NCBI GenBank assembly: GCA_037142195.1
Contig: JBAXBA010000064.1
Coordinates: 1 to 22,115, forward strand
Direction of reading: 5' to 3'
Source: Pseudomonadota bacterium
Lineage (GTDB): Bacteria > Bdellovibrionota_B > Oligoflexia > Oligoflexales > CAIMVM01
Length of the DNA: 22,115 nt
Notes under the pieces: generated by a model
Told to the model about the DNA's origin: nothing
What the model saw: the letters and a program-made list of their open reading frames with translations, nothing else
Database searches by the model: none
Position numbers and translations under genes: made by a program
Part shown: positions 1 to 8,314 of the stretch, one piece after another
Position numbering within the stretch: the first letter of the stretch is position 1
How the letters are laid out: every line of letters begins with the position of its first letter

Positions 1-418
1 AAACGAGATAGCGCCCTGGAATGGTAACAACTTGGGTTAGGCGCGGTCCTTTAGCACCTAAGGCCTCTTTAGCGACTTGGACGAGAATGTGCTGACCTTC
101 GGATAGAATTTTTTCAATGGGAGTCGAGTTTTTGGGCTTGGCATCTGTGTGATCCAAGTTGGATTCGTCAAATAATTGAATCGCACCCACATCAAGGACA
201 TCGCCCCCAAACAAAAATCCAGTTTTTGAAAGCCCTATATTAATGAACGCAGAGTTCATTCCAGGAAGAATTCGAGAGACCACTCCTTTATAGACATTTG
301 AGACAATCCCCATTTTTTCACATTCCTCAATATAAAGCTCACTCAGTCGTGAGTCCTCCACAAGGGCTATGCGTGTTTCATAGGAGTTAGAGTTGATGAT
401 TATTTTCTTTAAAGTCAT
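1..418 (-). CDS. rng: Rne/Rng family ribonuclease (RNase G/E), N-terminal part; runs off the left edge
   Basis: Missing from the ORF track. Manual translation gives MTLKKIIINSNSYETRIALVEDSRLSELYIE...SNVYKGVVSRILPGMNSAFINIG...GQHILVQVAKEALGAKGPRLTQVVTIPGRYLV, the typical S1/RNase E-G N-terminus. In-frame alternative ATGs at 430 and 442. rng versus rne cannot be resolved from the fragment. Confidence 0.9.
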   Translation of the reverse strand, partial: MTLKKIIINSNSYETRIALVEDSRLSELYIEECEKMGIVSNVYKGVVSRILPGMNSAFINIGLSKTGFLFGGDVLDVGAIQLFDESNLDHTDAKPKNSTPIEKILSEGQHILVQVAKEALGAKGPRLTQVVTIPGRYLV

Positions 419-449
419 GTCTTCTTTCATTTCTTGTCTCATGTCTTAT

Positions 450-1778
450 CTAGCGCAATTTTTGGAGGTAATTATGGTTCATTTTTCGGATTTTTACGTC
501 ATATAGGATTTCATGGATGCGTTCTGAGGCGCCCATTTTATTTTGCATCGTCTTCACTAAGTTTTCATCCCATTTTGGCGGGGTGGAATGTATCCAATGG
601 GCCAGTTGATTTGCATCGTTTGTAGCAAAAGCAACTCCCTCCGCGATAAGGTCTCGTGCCTCTTGGCTGTTCGTGAATCTCAAGCCAAAGGCAGTAGGGG
701 TACCACGGATGGCTGGTTCGAGGACATTATGAACTTGATGATGCAGCGCACCTCCCACCCAGGCCCAAGAGGCTAAGTCATACATTTCAAAAAGAAGTCC
801 CAGTTGGTCGACGATAATGACCTCCCTACCCTCTTTCCCAGGAAGTGGTTCTCTATGTCTCTTGGAATAAAGTAGAGACCTATAGCCAAAGCTTTCCACG
901 ATTCTGGCTAGTTCTAGACACATTTCAGGAGACGTGTCGTGGGGAACTAGGGCGACCGATATCTCTTGCTTTAAGAGCTTTAGGGCACTCATGACTAGAA
1001 GGACGTCTTCTGGCCAAGCGGATCCCACAACGAAAGTATGATGGTCGCCAAAACATCTTTTCCAGTCTTCACAGATAGATTCTCGTTTTTCTTTGGAACT
1101 TTGAAGTCTTTCATGAGCGCGGTCGAATTTCGTATCTCCCGTAATCTCTAATTTTTTAGGAGACAAGCCGAACTGTATAAACCAGTCGTAATCCTTTTGA
1201 GAAACGCAAAATACACCGTGAAATAGGCTATACATGGAAATATATTTGCTAAATGGAAATAGGGATCTTCTTTTTAGCATTCTCTCGCTTACCGAAGCAT
1301 CGACTAAAAAAAGACTTGATCTTTCCGAGGCAGCCCAGAGAAAACAAGGCCAAAGTTCTTGCTTGGAAACCAAGACAATATCTGGCTTTAAAGCGTCGAA
1401 AAAGGAATTTACATGCCAAACCGTATCTAAAGGAGAAGCAACATAGGGAATTTCATCCCTTCTTGCCTTTGCAAATTTGATCCCAGATGGGCTAAAGAAA
1501 CAAACTAAAGCCGACCAGCCTTCAGAGATAAGTTGATGTATTACAGGAAGAATTTGTTCATACTCTCCGGCAGAGCTAGCAAAAGCAAGAACAATGGGGC
1601 GTCCGACGGATTTGACTTCCCTGAGCACTCGTTTTGTCGACTCTTGATCCTGTCTAGGTGAAAGCCAGTTTTGGGCTTTTTGAGAACCCATTTTTGACAT
1701 CATCCACAGCAAGGCCCAACCTATTGAGACCAGGCAGCTTGATCCATACCTTATCCACTTCCAGAGCCTTGGTTTCAA
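450..1778 (-). CDS. waaA: 3-deoxy-D-manno-octulosonic acid (Kdo) transferase, GT30
   Basis: N-terminal hydrophobic anchor, ASSAGE (HAxSxGE-like), PLD, ELWP, ITGDTKFD, VVGSAWPED and AWVGGALHHQVHNVLEPA motifs; adjacent to a GT9. Confidence 0.88.
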   Translation of the reverse strand: MKPRLWKWIRYGSSCLVSIGWALLWMMSKMGSQKAQNWLSPRQDQESTKRVLREVKSVGRPIVLAFASSAGEYEQILPVIHQLISEGWSALVCFFSPSGIKFAKARRDEIPYVASPLDTVWHVNSFFDALKPDIVLVSKQELWPCFLWAASERSSLFLVDASVSERMLKRRSLFPFSKYISMYSLFHGVFCVSQKDYDWFIQFGLSPKKLEITGDTKFDRAHERLQSSKEKRESICEDWKRCFGDHHTFVVGSAWPEDVLLVMSALKLLKQEISVALVPHDTSPEMCLELARIVESFGYRSLLYSKRHREPLPGKEGREVIIVDQLGLLFEMYDLASWAWVGGALHHQVHNVLEPAIRGTPTAFGLRFTNSQEARDLIAEGVAFATNDANQLAHWIHSTPPKWDENLVKTMQNKMGASERIHEILYDVKIRKMNHNYLQKLR

Positions 1779-1783
1779 TGTGC

Positions 1784-2926
1784 CTAGCCTTCCCTTATTT
1801 GTGTTGCGTCTTGGTTACGAGGCGCCTTGAGTAGTTGCGACATCCAATCTACTATGAGGTTTTTCGGTATACTTGTAAAGCAAGCCTTGTCACTATAGCG
1901 GCAAGCTGCGCGGCCGTGTTTCGAGCAGGGGCGACAACCCAACGGAGATGAAAACGCCCGACTCTCATGGGAAAAAGGCATAAAGCCAAAAGCCTCTGTG
2001 GTAGGTCCAAAGATCACGCCTGCTGGAGTTCTGACGGCCTCGGCAATATGGGCAAGGGAAGTATCGCTACATAAAATAAGGCGGACCTGTTTTAAGATTT
2101 GCGTGGTTTCAGGAAGAGTTGTTTTACCGCATAGATTTGCGGTTTTTTGGGGCCAATCTAAAGACGATAGGATTTCCTCTGCGGCTTTTTGATCGTTCAT
2201 ATCCCCTAAAAAAACGAGGTTGGGAATAAGATCCGTTGAAAGACAGTCTGCTAGCATTTTTAAAACGTCTCGAAATTCTTGCTCGGGATATTTCTTTGTG
2301 GCGAATGAGGCACCAGGGCCCAAGGCGATCCAGCTGCCGGGCTCTAATAAAGGTTGCGTTAAAAGCTCGGCATTTGTTTTTAGTGAGGGACGGGCTTTTT
2401 CCAAGGCTTCAACTGCCGCTTTCGAATCAAGGTTTAGTCCTGCCGACTCCAATGCTTTGCAGATCGTTTGAACGACAGTGCGATACTGGAACTCCAAGGG
2501 CTTGAGGTCGAGATCCGAAAGCTTTCTGGATCTTCCATACCAACGAGCTTTTAAAACTAAAAACGCCCGGTGCCACCGAAACTTCTTGGACTTGATAACC
2601 GATCTTCCGGTCACTTTACCATAATAGCGCCCGAGCATTTTAGATCTTGGATTGTCTTGCAAATCAATCAAAATATGCAAACCTTTCAGGAAATTAGCAT
2701 CCTTGATGCGGAGTTCATCCGCCTCCATATCGAGGACTTCTACTTGGGAAATGCCAGATTTTAAAAGGTCTAGACATGGTTTTTTCGAAATAAAGTAAAC
2801 TTTAAACTGCAAATGGGGAGATGAGGCTTCAAGTTGCTTCAAATAGTCTATGGCAGACGTCGAAAGAACCACATCCCCGATACTCGAGGTTCTTAGGATT
2901 CCTAGGGTAATAGTTTGTTGGGTCAA
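1784..2926 (-). CDS. Glycosyltransferase family 9 (ADP-heptose:LPS heptosyltransferase, WaaF/WaaC-like)
   Basis: LRTSSIGDVVL, IALGPGASFATKKYP, NLCGKTTL, SDTSLAHIAEA, IFGPT and CRPC motifs. The ORF track starts at 2983; I prefer TTG at 2926 because GAGGT lies 5 nt upstream and a TGnTATAAT promoter sits at 2978-2970. Confidence 0.88.
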   Translation of the reverse strand: MTQQTITLGILRTSSIGDVVLSTSAIDYLKQLEASSPHLQFKVYFISKKPCLDLLKSGISQVEVLDMEADELRIKDANFLKGLHILIDLQDNPRSKMLGRYYGKVTGRSVIKSKKFRWHRAFLVLKARWYGRSRKLSDLDLKPLEFQYRTVVQTICKALESAGLNLDSKAAVEALEKARPSLKTNAELLTQPLLEPGSWIALGPGASFATKKYPEQEFRDVLKMLADCLSTDLIPNLVFLGDMNDQKAAEEILSSLDWPQKTANLCGKTTLPETTQILKQVRLILCSDTSLAHIAEAVRTPAGVIFGPTTEAFGFMPFSHESRAFSSPLGCRPCSKHGRAACRYSDKACFTSIPKNLIVDWMSQLLKAPRNQDATQIREG

Positions 2927-2950
2927 ATCATACCTCGAGTGAGCTAACTG

Positions 2951-2978
2951 TGCTAAAATTACAGGCAGGATTATATCA
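2951..2978. promoter_or_regulatory. Interdigitated divergent extended -10 promoters
   Basis: Plus strand TGcTAAAAT at 2951-2959; minus strand TGaTATAAT at 2978-2970. Both lie between the divergent GT9 and hypothetical genes. Confidence 0.5.
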
Positions 2979-2997
2979 GACATATGGGAAATGTGAC

Positions 2998-4104
2998 ATG
3001 ACTAACAAGCCGTTTCGAAGATCTGTGCCCCTGAAAGAGCGAAAACTTAATATCGTCTATTTTTTGGATTCTGCAAAAAGCAGATCTTTTCAATTGTCTT
3101 TAAGGTCAGCCGCCCTTGTTAGCGCTTTATTTGCAGCTTTTACAGTGCTGGCAGTCATTGGTATTACGGGGGCATCTCAAAGAGCTTTAAAAATCCAAGT
3201 GCTTTCAGCAGAGAATAAAGAACTTAGGAAATCTCTTTTCGACTATCAGACTCGTTATGAAGGCGCCTATGCAAAGGCTTATCCTGAAAGTGAAGGTACA
3301 TCGAACAGTTCAGCTGTCAATACTGCCATTGCACCCGAGAACTTGCCGACGGAGAAATTCAAGCTGGCCCAAAAAATGGCGGCTAAGACGCCTGATAGTG
3401 TAAGTGGATCTAAAAGTGAGAATGGTGCGGAATCCACTAGCAATTTTCAAGCGTCGCACGAATCTAAAACTATGGAATCTGACTTGTCGCGAGCTAAGAA
3501 AATTCCTGACTCATCACAGAACTTAGCAGACAAAAAAGCGAACTCTGGCGAGAAGACCTACTCTCAAGGCGGGATCTCCCAACACCCCTCTCTGAGGAAA
3601 GAAAAAGTTGCTTTACAAGATGGGGAAAAGTCGGGTTCTGCTTCAGACACAGATTCTCAATCTTTGGCAATCAATAATGCACAGAATGCAACAAACAAAA
3701 AACAAGGTAATTTTCCGCAAATCAGCAATGCAAAGATAGAGCAGAAAGACGGTAGTTACCTTGTGAGGTTCGAGCTTAGAAGTATTCCGGCTAACACTCA
3801 GCTTTCAGGTCATCTCTGGGTTGTAGGGGAATTTGATAACGAGGGCAAAAAAGTTTTTTTTACGTCTCCTAAAAGTGTTGAGGTCGACGACTCAGGTGTG
3901 ATTAAGGAAACTCAAGCAGGTGAGCGGTATCGCGTTAGAAATTTCACTGCCAAGTTTCTAACACTAAAAGTGGGAACGACCAAAAAAAGTGAATTGAGAA
4001 AAATAACTATTGGAATCTCAGATGAATCGGGTAACAGGTCGAGTTATCCGATTGATCTAACAACGGTAAGCGGTGAGATGGGACAACTATCTAAAGGCGG
4101 CTAA
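2998..4104 (+). CDS. Hypothetical membrane-anchored protein (single TM, short coiled coil, low-complexity linker, C-terminal beta-rich domain)
   Basis: Long ORF with hydrophobic AALVSALFAAFTVLAVIGI, heptad-like LKIQVLSAENKELRKSL and an S/K/E-rich spacer. ATG 2998 preferred over GTG 2950, which overlaps the predicted promoter. Confidence 0.75.
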   Translation: MTNKPFRRSVPLKERKLNIVYFLDSAKSRSFQLSLRSAALVSALFAAFTVLAVIGITGASQRALKIQVLSAENKELRKSLFDYQTRYEGAYAKAYPESEGTSNSSAVNTAIAPENLPTEKFKLAQKMAAKTPDSVSGSKSENGAESTSNFQASHESKTMESDLSRAKKIPDSSQNLADKKANSGEKTYSQGGISQHPSLRKEKVALQDGEKSGSASDTDSQSLAINNAQNATNKKQGNFPQISNAKIEQKDGSYLVRFELRSIPANTQLSGHLWVVGEFDNEGKKVFFTSPKSVEVDDSGVIKETQAGERYRVRNFTAKFLTLKVGTTKKSELRKITIGISDESGNRSSYPIDLTTVSGEMGQLSKGG

Positions 4105-4106
4105 AG

Positions 4107-6464
4107 ATGAAATATTTAGCTTTTATGGTCGTTGGGCTAGTCGGTTGTAGCCGGGCTAAAGTGACTCAGAGTGTTGAGATTTTAGTGAAGTCTCAGGGAG
4201 TAGGCGTCGTTTCTTCGGCACAGATTTTCATAGACCAGCGTCCCTCAGGACTGAGCAATGCGCAGGGGATTTGGCGTGGCCGGATGGAGTTTGAGGCCCA
4301 ATCAAAACACAAAATCTCCATTATTGTTGAAAAAAATGGCATCTACTTCTCTCCTTGGGAATCAGATTTCGTGGCAAATGGTGACTCTATAAAGAAAGTT
4401 GCGGATTTATTTTCTGTACCTAAACTGTCGGCAAGTGCAAATAGAACTAGCAGTTCCAAGTTAGAAAATCCTCCCGAGGGTCTTTCAGAAGCGACTCCAG
4501 AAGCGACTCCAGAAGCGACTCCAGAAGCGACTCAAAAGGCGAAGGAAGATCCTTTCGAAATCTGGCGTAAGAACTATACGAAATACACATCATCTCTACC
4601 TCCCATAATGCCTTGGTCGGCTCAATTCGGAAGTATGAGATTTGCTAAAAATGACAAGGTGGCGGAAGCCCCCCCCATCGCCTCTGAGAAAAACGTGCAG
4701 ATTTCCACATTCTACCTTCATTCTCAAAACCTTCCTCAAGAAGGCGGGAAGTTTTGGCTAGGCCTCAAGGAACCTAAAGAAATTTGTTCCACAAATATCC
4801 GAGGGCGTTGCTCCGTAGAGACTCCCCCTCAGCCAAATCAACTTTTAGTCACTCGAGAGGGATTTAAGTCGCAGATCGTCAGACCAAGGGGCCAAGGCAC
4901 TCATTATTTAAAAATGGAGCGAGGTTTTAGTCGAGATCTATTTGTGGCCGCGCATGCTGAGTCTTGGAAAATCACAGCCAAGGGAATCGAAGTGGTGAGG
5001 GGCGTGGGAGCAGGCTTTGTCGTATTAGATCAAGATACGGACGAGCTCTATTTGGAATGTGCTGAGCATTGTGCCTCGAAACCTCAAAAAATTGTCTATT
5101 CTGTAAATGGTATCACTACTATCACCACTCATTTTACTCAAGATCTATTACCCCTTAAGGTAGAAAAGATACGCTTAGCAGGAGACTTTGAAGGTTCTTT
5201 GGATCTCGCCTATTCCGAAGTGACAAATAGTATCCCTTTGGTTTTTAAAAAGCATGGATTTAGGCAACCAAATATTGACGAAACCGACTCGCCAAGTGTC
5301 GTTCTGACGTTTGTTAAAAATGCCACATCTGCTGAGAATTTTTCTCCTAAAGATCTTTCTCTAGAGGTGATTTTTTTAAATGCGAAGGCCGATGTTATCG
5401 GGGCCAGTCTTAGAGCGTGTGAAGACCGCATGAATGCATGCTTTACTCAAGCCTTTGAACGAGCCTATTTGAACAGTCGTAACATAAAGGCTGATGACAT
5501 TAAAAATGATTCTAAGTCCTCAACAGATACTGAAATTAAGTTGGTAAACCTCGAAGGGAAGCCTTTAACTGGCGCCCGCCTTTACCGAGATGGAATCTTT
5601 CTTGGAAAAAGTAGAGAAAATGGAAAAATGTTAGTCCCCTCGTTGAAAAGTAAGACTTTAGAGATCGTCAACGAGGGCTACAAATTCTATAGAAACTATA
5701 TATCCTCCTCTTTGGCTTCTCTTCCTCTTACTCTGGCCCGCGGATCTGCCCTCGTTATGAGTCAGAATCCGGATCTTTCAGCATCTATTTATCAAGATGG
5801 ATTAAGAGTGGGAAAACTTCCTGGTGTCATCGCGTTAAAATCTACGAAAATGGAACTTGATCCAGGCGAACATCTTAAAAAAGTTGAATTGAGCTTAGAT
5901 TCACGTGAATCCTTGGATTTGAGCATGTTGAAATTTTATCCCGACCTATTGGCTACATGGAAGAATCAGGTCCTGTCACGGGATTATGCAGGGGCTGAAA
6001 AGACAGCAGATTCAGTATCTAAAGATCATCCAGACTGGGCTCCTTTGGCTTATATTCGTGCTGAAAAGCTCTTTGTGGAAAAAGGCCTGATATCTCCCGA
6101 TTTGGAAAATTTAGGAAATTATCCAACAGCCCGTTGGTTTAGCGCCAAAATTTCTGCGCTGAAGACCATTGAATCAGCTAAGAATGTCGATGATTTTAAG
6201 TCATTAAATGCATCGCTGGCAGATATGCTGCTCGTTTCTGGAAAGGGGCCTTCCTACGAGTTTTTTTCTGAGCTCCACTACTTAAGATCGCTAAGTGATC
6301 TTAAGCGCTCTATGATTCTAAAGGACCCGATCGAGTCTGACCTGGCGCTTCGTAAGGTCAATGAGTGGTTTGAATGGGGCTATGGAAATCAATATCAAAG
6401 TTTTGGTCGCAGAATGTGGACTTTAGCGCGAGAACAGTCCATGACCAATAGAAAGGGAATGTAA
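4107..6464 (+). CDS. Large hypothetical lipoprotein with PEGA/carboxypeptidase-regulatory-like beta repeats and a helical (TPR-like) C-terminus
   Basis: Signal peptide with lipobox LVG-C (Cys14, +2 Ser). Repeated segments AQIFIDQRPSGLSNAQG, ARLYRDGIFLGKSRENG and ASIYQDGLRVGKLP. Domain names are inferred by eye. Confidence 0.75.
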   Translation: MKYLAFMVVGLVGCSRAKVTQSVEILVKSQGVGVVSSAQIFIDQRPSGLSNAQGIWRGRMEFEAQSKHKISIIVEKNGIYFSPWESDFVANGDSIKKVADLFSVPKLSASANRTSSSKLENPPEGLSEATPEATPEATPEATQKAKEDPFEIWRKNYTKYTSSLPPIMPWSAQFGSMRFAKNDKVAEAPPIASEKNVQISTFYLHSQNLPQEGGKFWLGLKEPKEICSTNIRGRCSVETPPQPNQLLVTREGFKSQIVRPRGQGTHYLKMERGFSRDLFVAAHAESWKITAKGIEVVRGVGAGFVVLDQDTDELYLECAEHCASKPQKIVYSVNGITTITTHFTQDLLPLKVEKIRLAGDFEGSLDLAYSEVTNSIPLVFKKHGFRQPNIDETDSPSVVLTFVKNATSAENFSPKDLSLEVIFLNAKADVIGASLRACEDRMNACFTQAFERAYLNSRNIKADDIKNDSKSSTDTEIKLVNLEGKPLTGARLYRDGIFLGKSRENGKMLVPSLKSKTLEIVNEGYKFYRNYISSSLASLPLTLARGSALVMSQNPDLSASIYQDGLRVGKLPGVIALKSTKMELDPGEHLKKVELSLDSRESLDLSMLKFYPDLLATWKNQVLSRDYAGAEKTADSVSKDHPDWAPLAYIRAEKLFVEKGLISPDLENLGNYPTARWFSAKISALKTIESAKNVDDFKSLNASLADMLLVSGKGPSYEFFSELHYLRSLSDLKRSMILKDPIESDLALRKVNEWFEWGYGNQYQSFGRRMWTLAREQSMTNRKGM
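4486..4533 (+). repeat. Perfect 12-bp tandem repeat (CAGAAGCGACTC) x4 encoding EATP repeats
   Basis: Four exact copies start at 4486, 4498, 4510 and 4522. Confidence 0.95.
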
Positions 6465-7366
6465 TGTCGGCAACAAACATTGAGAATTCCATAGAAGAGG
6501 TCATCAAAAATGCTGATAAGAAAAGCATGTTGGAGCATTTACAGGCACCAAGGCGAAAAAGGAGAAACTACGTATTTGTCGCTTTTGGTAGTGACGTTGA
6601 CAAAGGTATAAATATTAAGATTGAACAGTTTGTTAACTTAAATTATCCCATCATGACGGTCTATCCTGTACCCACCATTGAAGATTTGGAAAAACTGGTT
6701 TCTAAGCAAGTAAACCTTCTCATTGTAAGTGACGGGTTTGCTCCCCTCGACAAAATTATGCCTCTCCTTAAGCTTTTCAAAGAAACAAATACCCAGACTG
6801 GGGCGCCCATTCTATTTTTAACTAGGGATGAAGCCACTTTGATCTCTAGGTATCATGAGGATTTGGCTCTCTATCAAGAGAGTGATGATTATTTGAACTT
6901 GTCCCATATGAATGAAAAGCATCTCTTAACTAAAGTCCATGAGAGACTCAATCCTAAGTTGCCTGCTAGACGCGCGAGGCGATTTCCGGTTAATTTGAAG
7001 GTGAGATACTCGGATTTACGCACTGGAAAAATGTATTCGGGAGTCATCGAGGACTTGAGTGCCTATGGTTGCCTTTTATCTAAAGAACCTTCTTCGCCTC
7101 AGTTTACAAAATTTGATCAGATTCGTATCTATATTCCCAATGATGGATATCTTCCAAAGAATTTAGGTGACTCCATTGCCTTCTATGCTAGGACGTCGAG
7201 AGTTCTTTTGGGTGGTGACCGTACCGGGTTAGCCTGGGCTCAGCTGAATGAAGATAAGCATGCGATTCTATTTAAAATCCTCTCAGAAATGGTAGACCGA
7301 CGTCTTGCCGATTCCTCTACTAGGGAACGAAATGCAGAAGCCATTCGCAAGAAAAATCTGAAGTAA
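6464..7366 (+). CDS. PilZ-domain (c-di-GMP receptor) protein with a degenerate receiver-like N-terminal domain
   Basis: RRARRFP (RxxxR) followed by DLSAYG (D/NxSxxG). The N-terminal alpha/beta pattern (LLIVSD, PILFLT, DDYL) resembles a REC fold. TAATG overlap with the upstream gene. Confidence 0.8.
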   Translation: MSATNIENSIEEVIKNADKKSMLEHLQAPRRKRRNYVFVAFGSDVDKGINIKIEQFVNLNYPIMTVYPVPTIEDLEKLVSKQVNLLIVSDGFAPLDKIMPLLKLFKETNTQTGAPILFLTRDEATLISRYHEDLALYQESDDYLNLSHMNEKHLLTKVHERLNPKLPARRARRFPVNLKVRYSDLRTGKMYSGVIEDLSAYGCLLSKEPSSPQFTKFDQIRIYIPNDGYLPKNLGDSIAFYARTSRVLLGGDRTGLAWAQLNEDKHAILFKILSEMVDRRLADSSTRERNAEAIRKKNLK

Positions 7367-7477
7367 TTCTAGGAGGAGTAACTCTCGGGAGCAAATCACC
7401 AGTTCCTGCACGTTTTCTGCTTCGGTCTCACTTAAAAGAAGACTGTAGTTTCCCAGTTGGAATCTTATAACTAGCTT

Positions 7478-8314
7478 TTATTCTTCAGGTTCTTTTTCTT
7501 GTACTTGGTTCACTTCTGGCTTTGTCTTAGAAAGATTCCTTGTGGCTCGAGCTGCTGGGAGACAGTAGTGAGATTCGCCACCATTTTTGAGCATATCCAG
7601 ACTAATCTTTAAGACTTTTGCATGAAAATCTGCGACTTGCTTTTCAAACACCTCGGGGTTTGAGGACATTTTGGGCGGCTTTATAGGAGCACTTAGAAAA
7701 TGCACCAGGCGCACCGGCCTTGGCAGAGGCGTACCGCCCATACCGGTAGCAAAGAAGAAGGGAATTTTCAAATGCTTGTACATCCATTTGGTCAGGGTAC
7801 TAGGATAGACTCTATAGAGATCGTCGGCTCGTGGGCAAATCGCTAAAATAACGGGCGTTCCTGTTTCCATGGCGAGCCTGGCAAATCCCTTCCTTTTGTC
7901 CCAAAGGGTTTTATATTTTTCAGAAGAAGGCCGAAGCGCTTCCCGCATGCCTCCGGGGGCGACAAGAACTAAATTTCTTTCTTCCAAAAGTTTTCGGGCA
8001 TTTTCTTTCGTTCCCGCCTGGCATCCGACTGAATCCATAAGTCTTCCCATAAAAGGGAATTTATAGAAGAGATTGTCGACTAAAGGCCGCACAAATCGGC
8101 CGGTCTCAAAGTAAATCGCATGGATCAAAAGTGCCATATCATAGGTCGCAAGGGAGTGATTGGCAACCAAGAGAGACTTCCCTCTCTTCGGCAAATTATC
8201 GATGCCAACAACGCGATGACGGTGGTAAAGCCTAAGCGCCTTAACCATTGGCTCGATAGAAGTCCAAATTTCTTGATTTATAGCAGCAACCATAGCCAGT
8301 CTCCGAGTTTCCAT
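7478..8314 (-). CDS. Lysophospholipid/diacylglycerol acyltransferase family protein (PlsC/DAGAT-like)
   Basis: LLVANHS(x4)D-type motif, VLVAPGGMREA and RKGFARLAMETGTPVI. Confidence 0.88.
   Translation of the reverse strand: METRRLAMVAAINQEIWTSIEPMVKALRLYHRHRVVGIDNLPKRGKSLLVANHSLATYDMALLIHAIYFETGRFVRPLVDNLFYKFPFMGRLMDSVGCQAGTKENARKLLEERNLVLVAPGGMREALRPSSEKYKTLWDKRKGFARLAMETGTPVILAICPRADDLYRVYPSTLTKWMYKHLKIPFFFATGMGGTPLPRPVRLVHFLSAPIKPPKMSSNPEVFEKQVADFHAKVLKISLDMLKNGGESHYCLPAARATRNLSKTKPEVNQVQEKEPEE

Noticed and set aside
4486..4533. Repeat array as a possible CRISPR
   Set aside because: Contiguous 12-bp units without spacers, in frame within a CDS, and no cas genes.
7367..7477. AGGAGG after the PilZ stop suggesting a missed small gene or remnant
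   Set aside because: No start codon at a usable distance, and no strong terminator or ORF in the gap.
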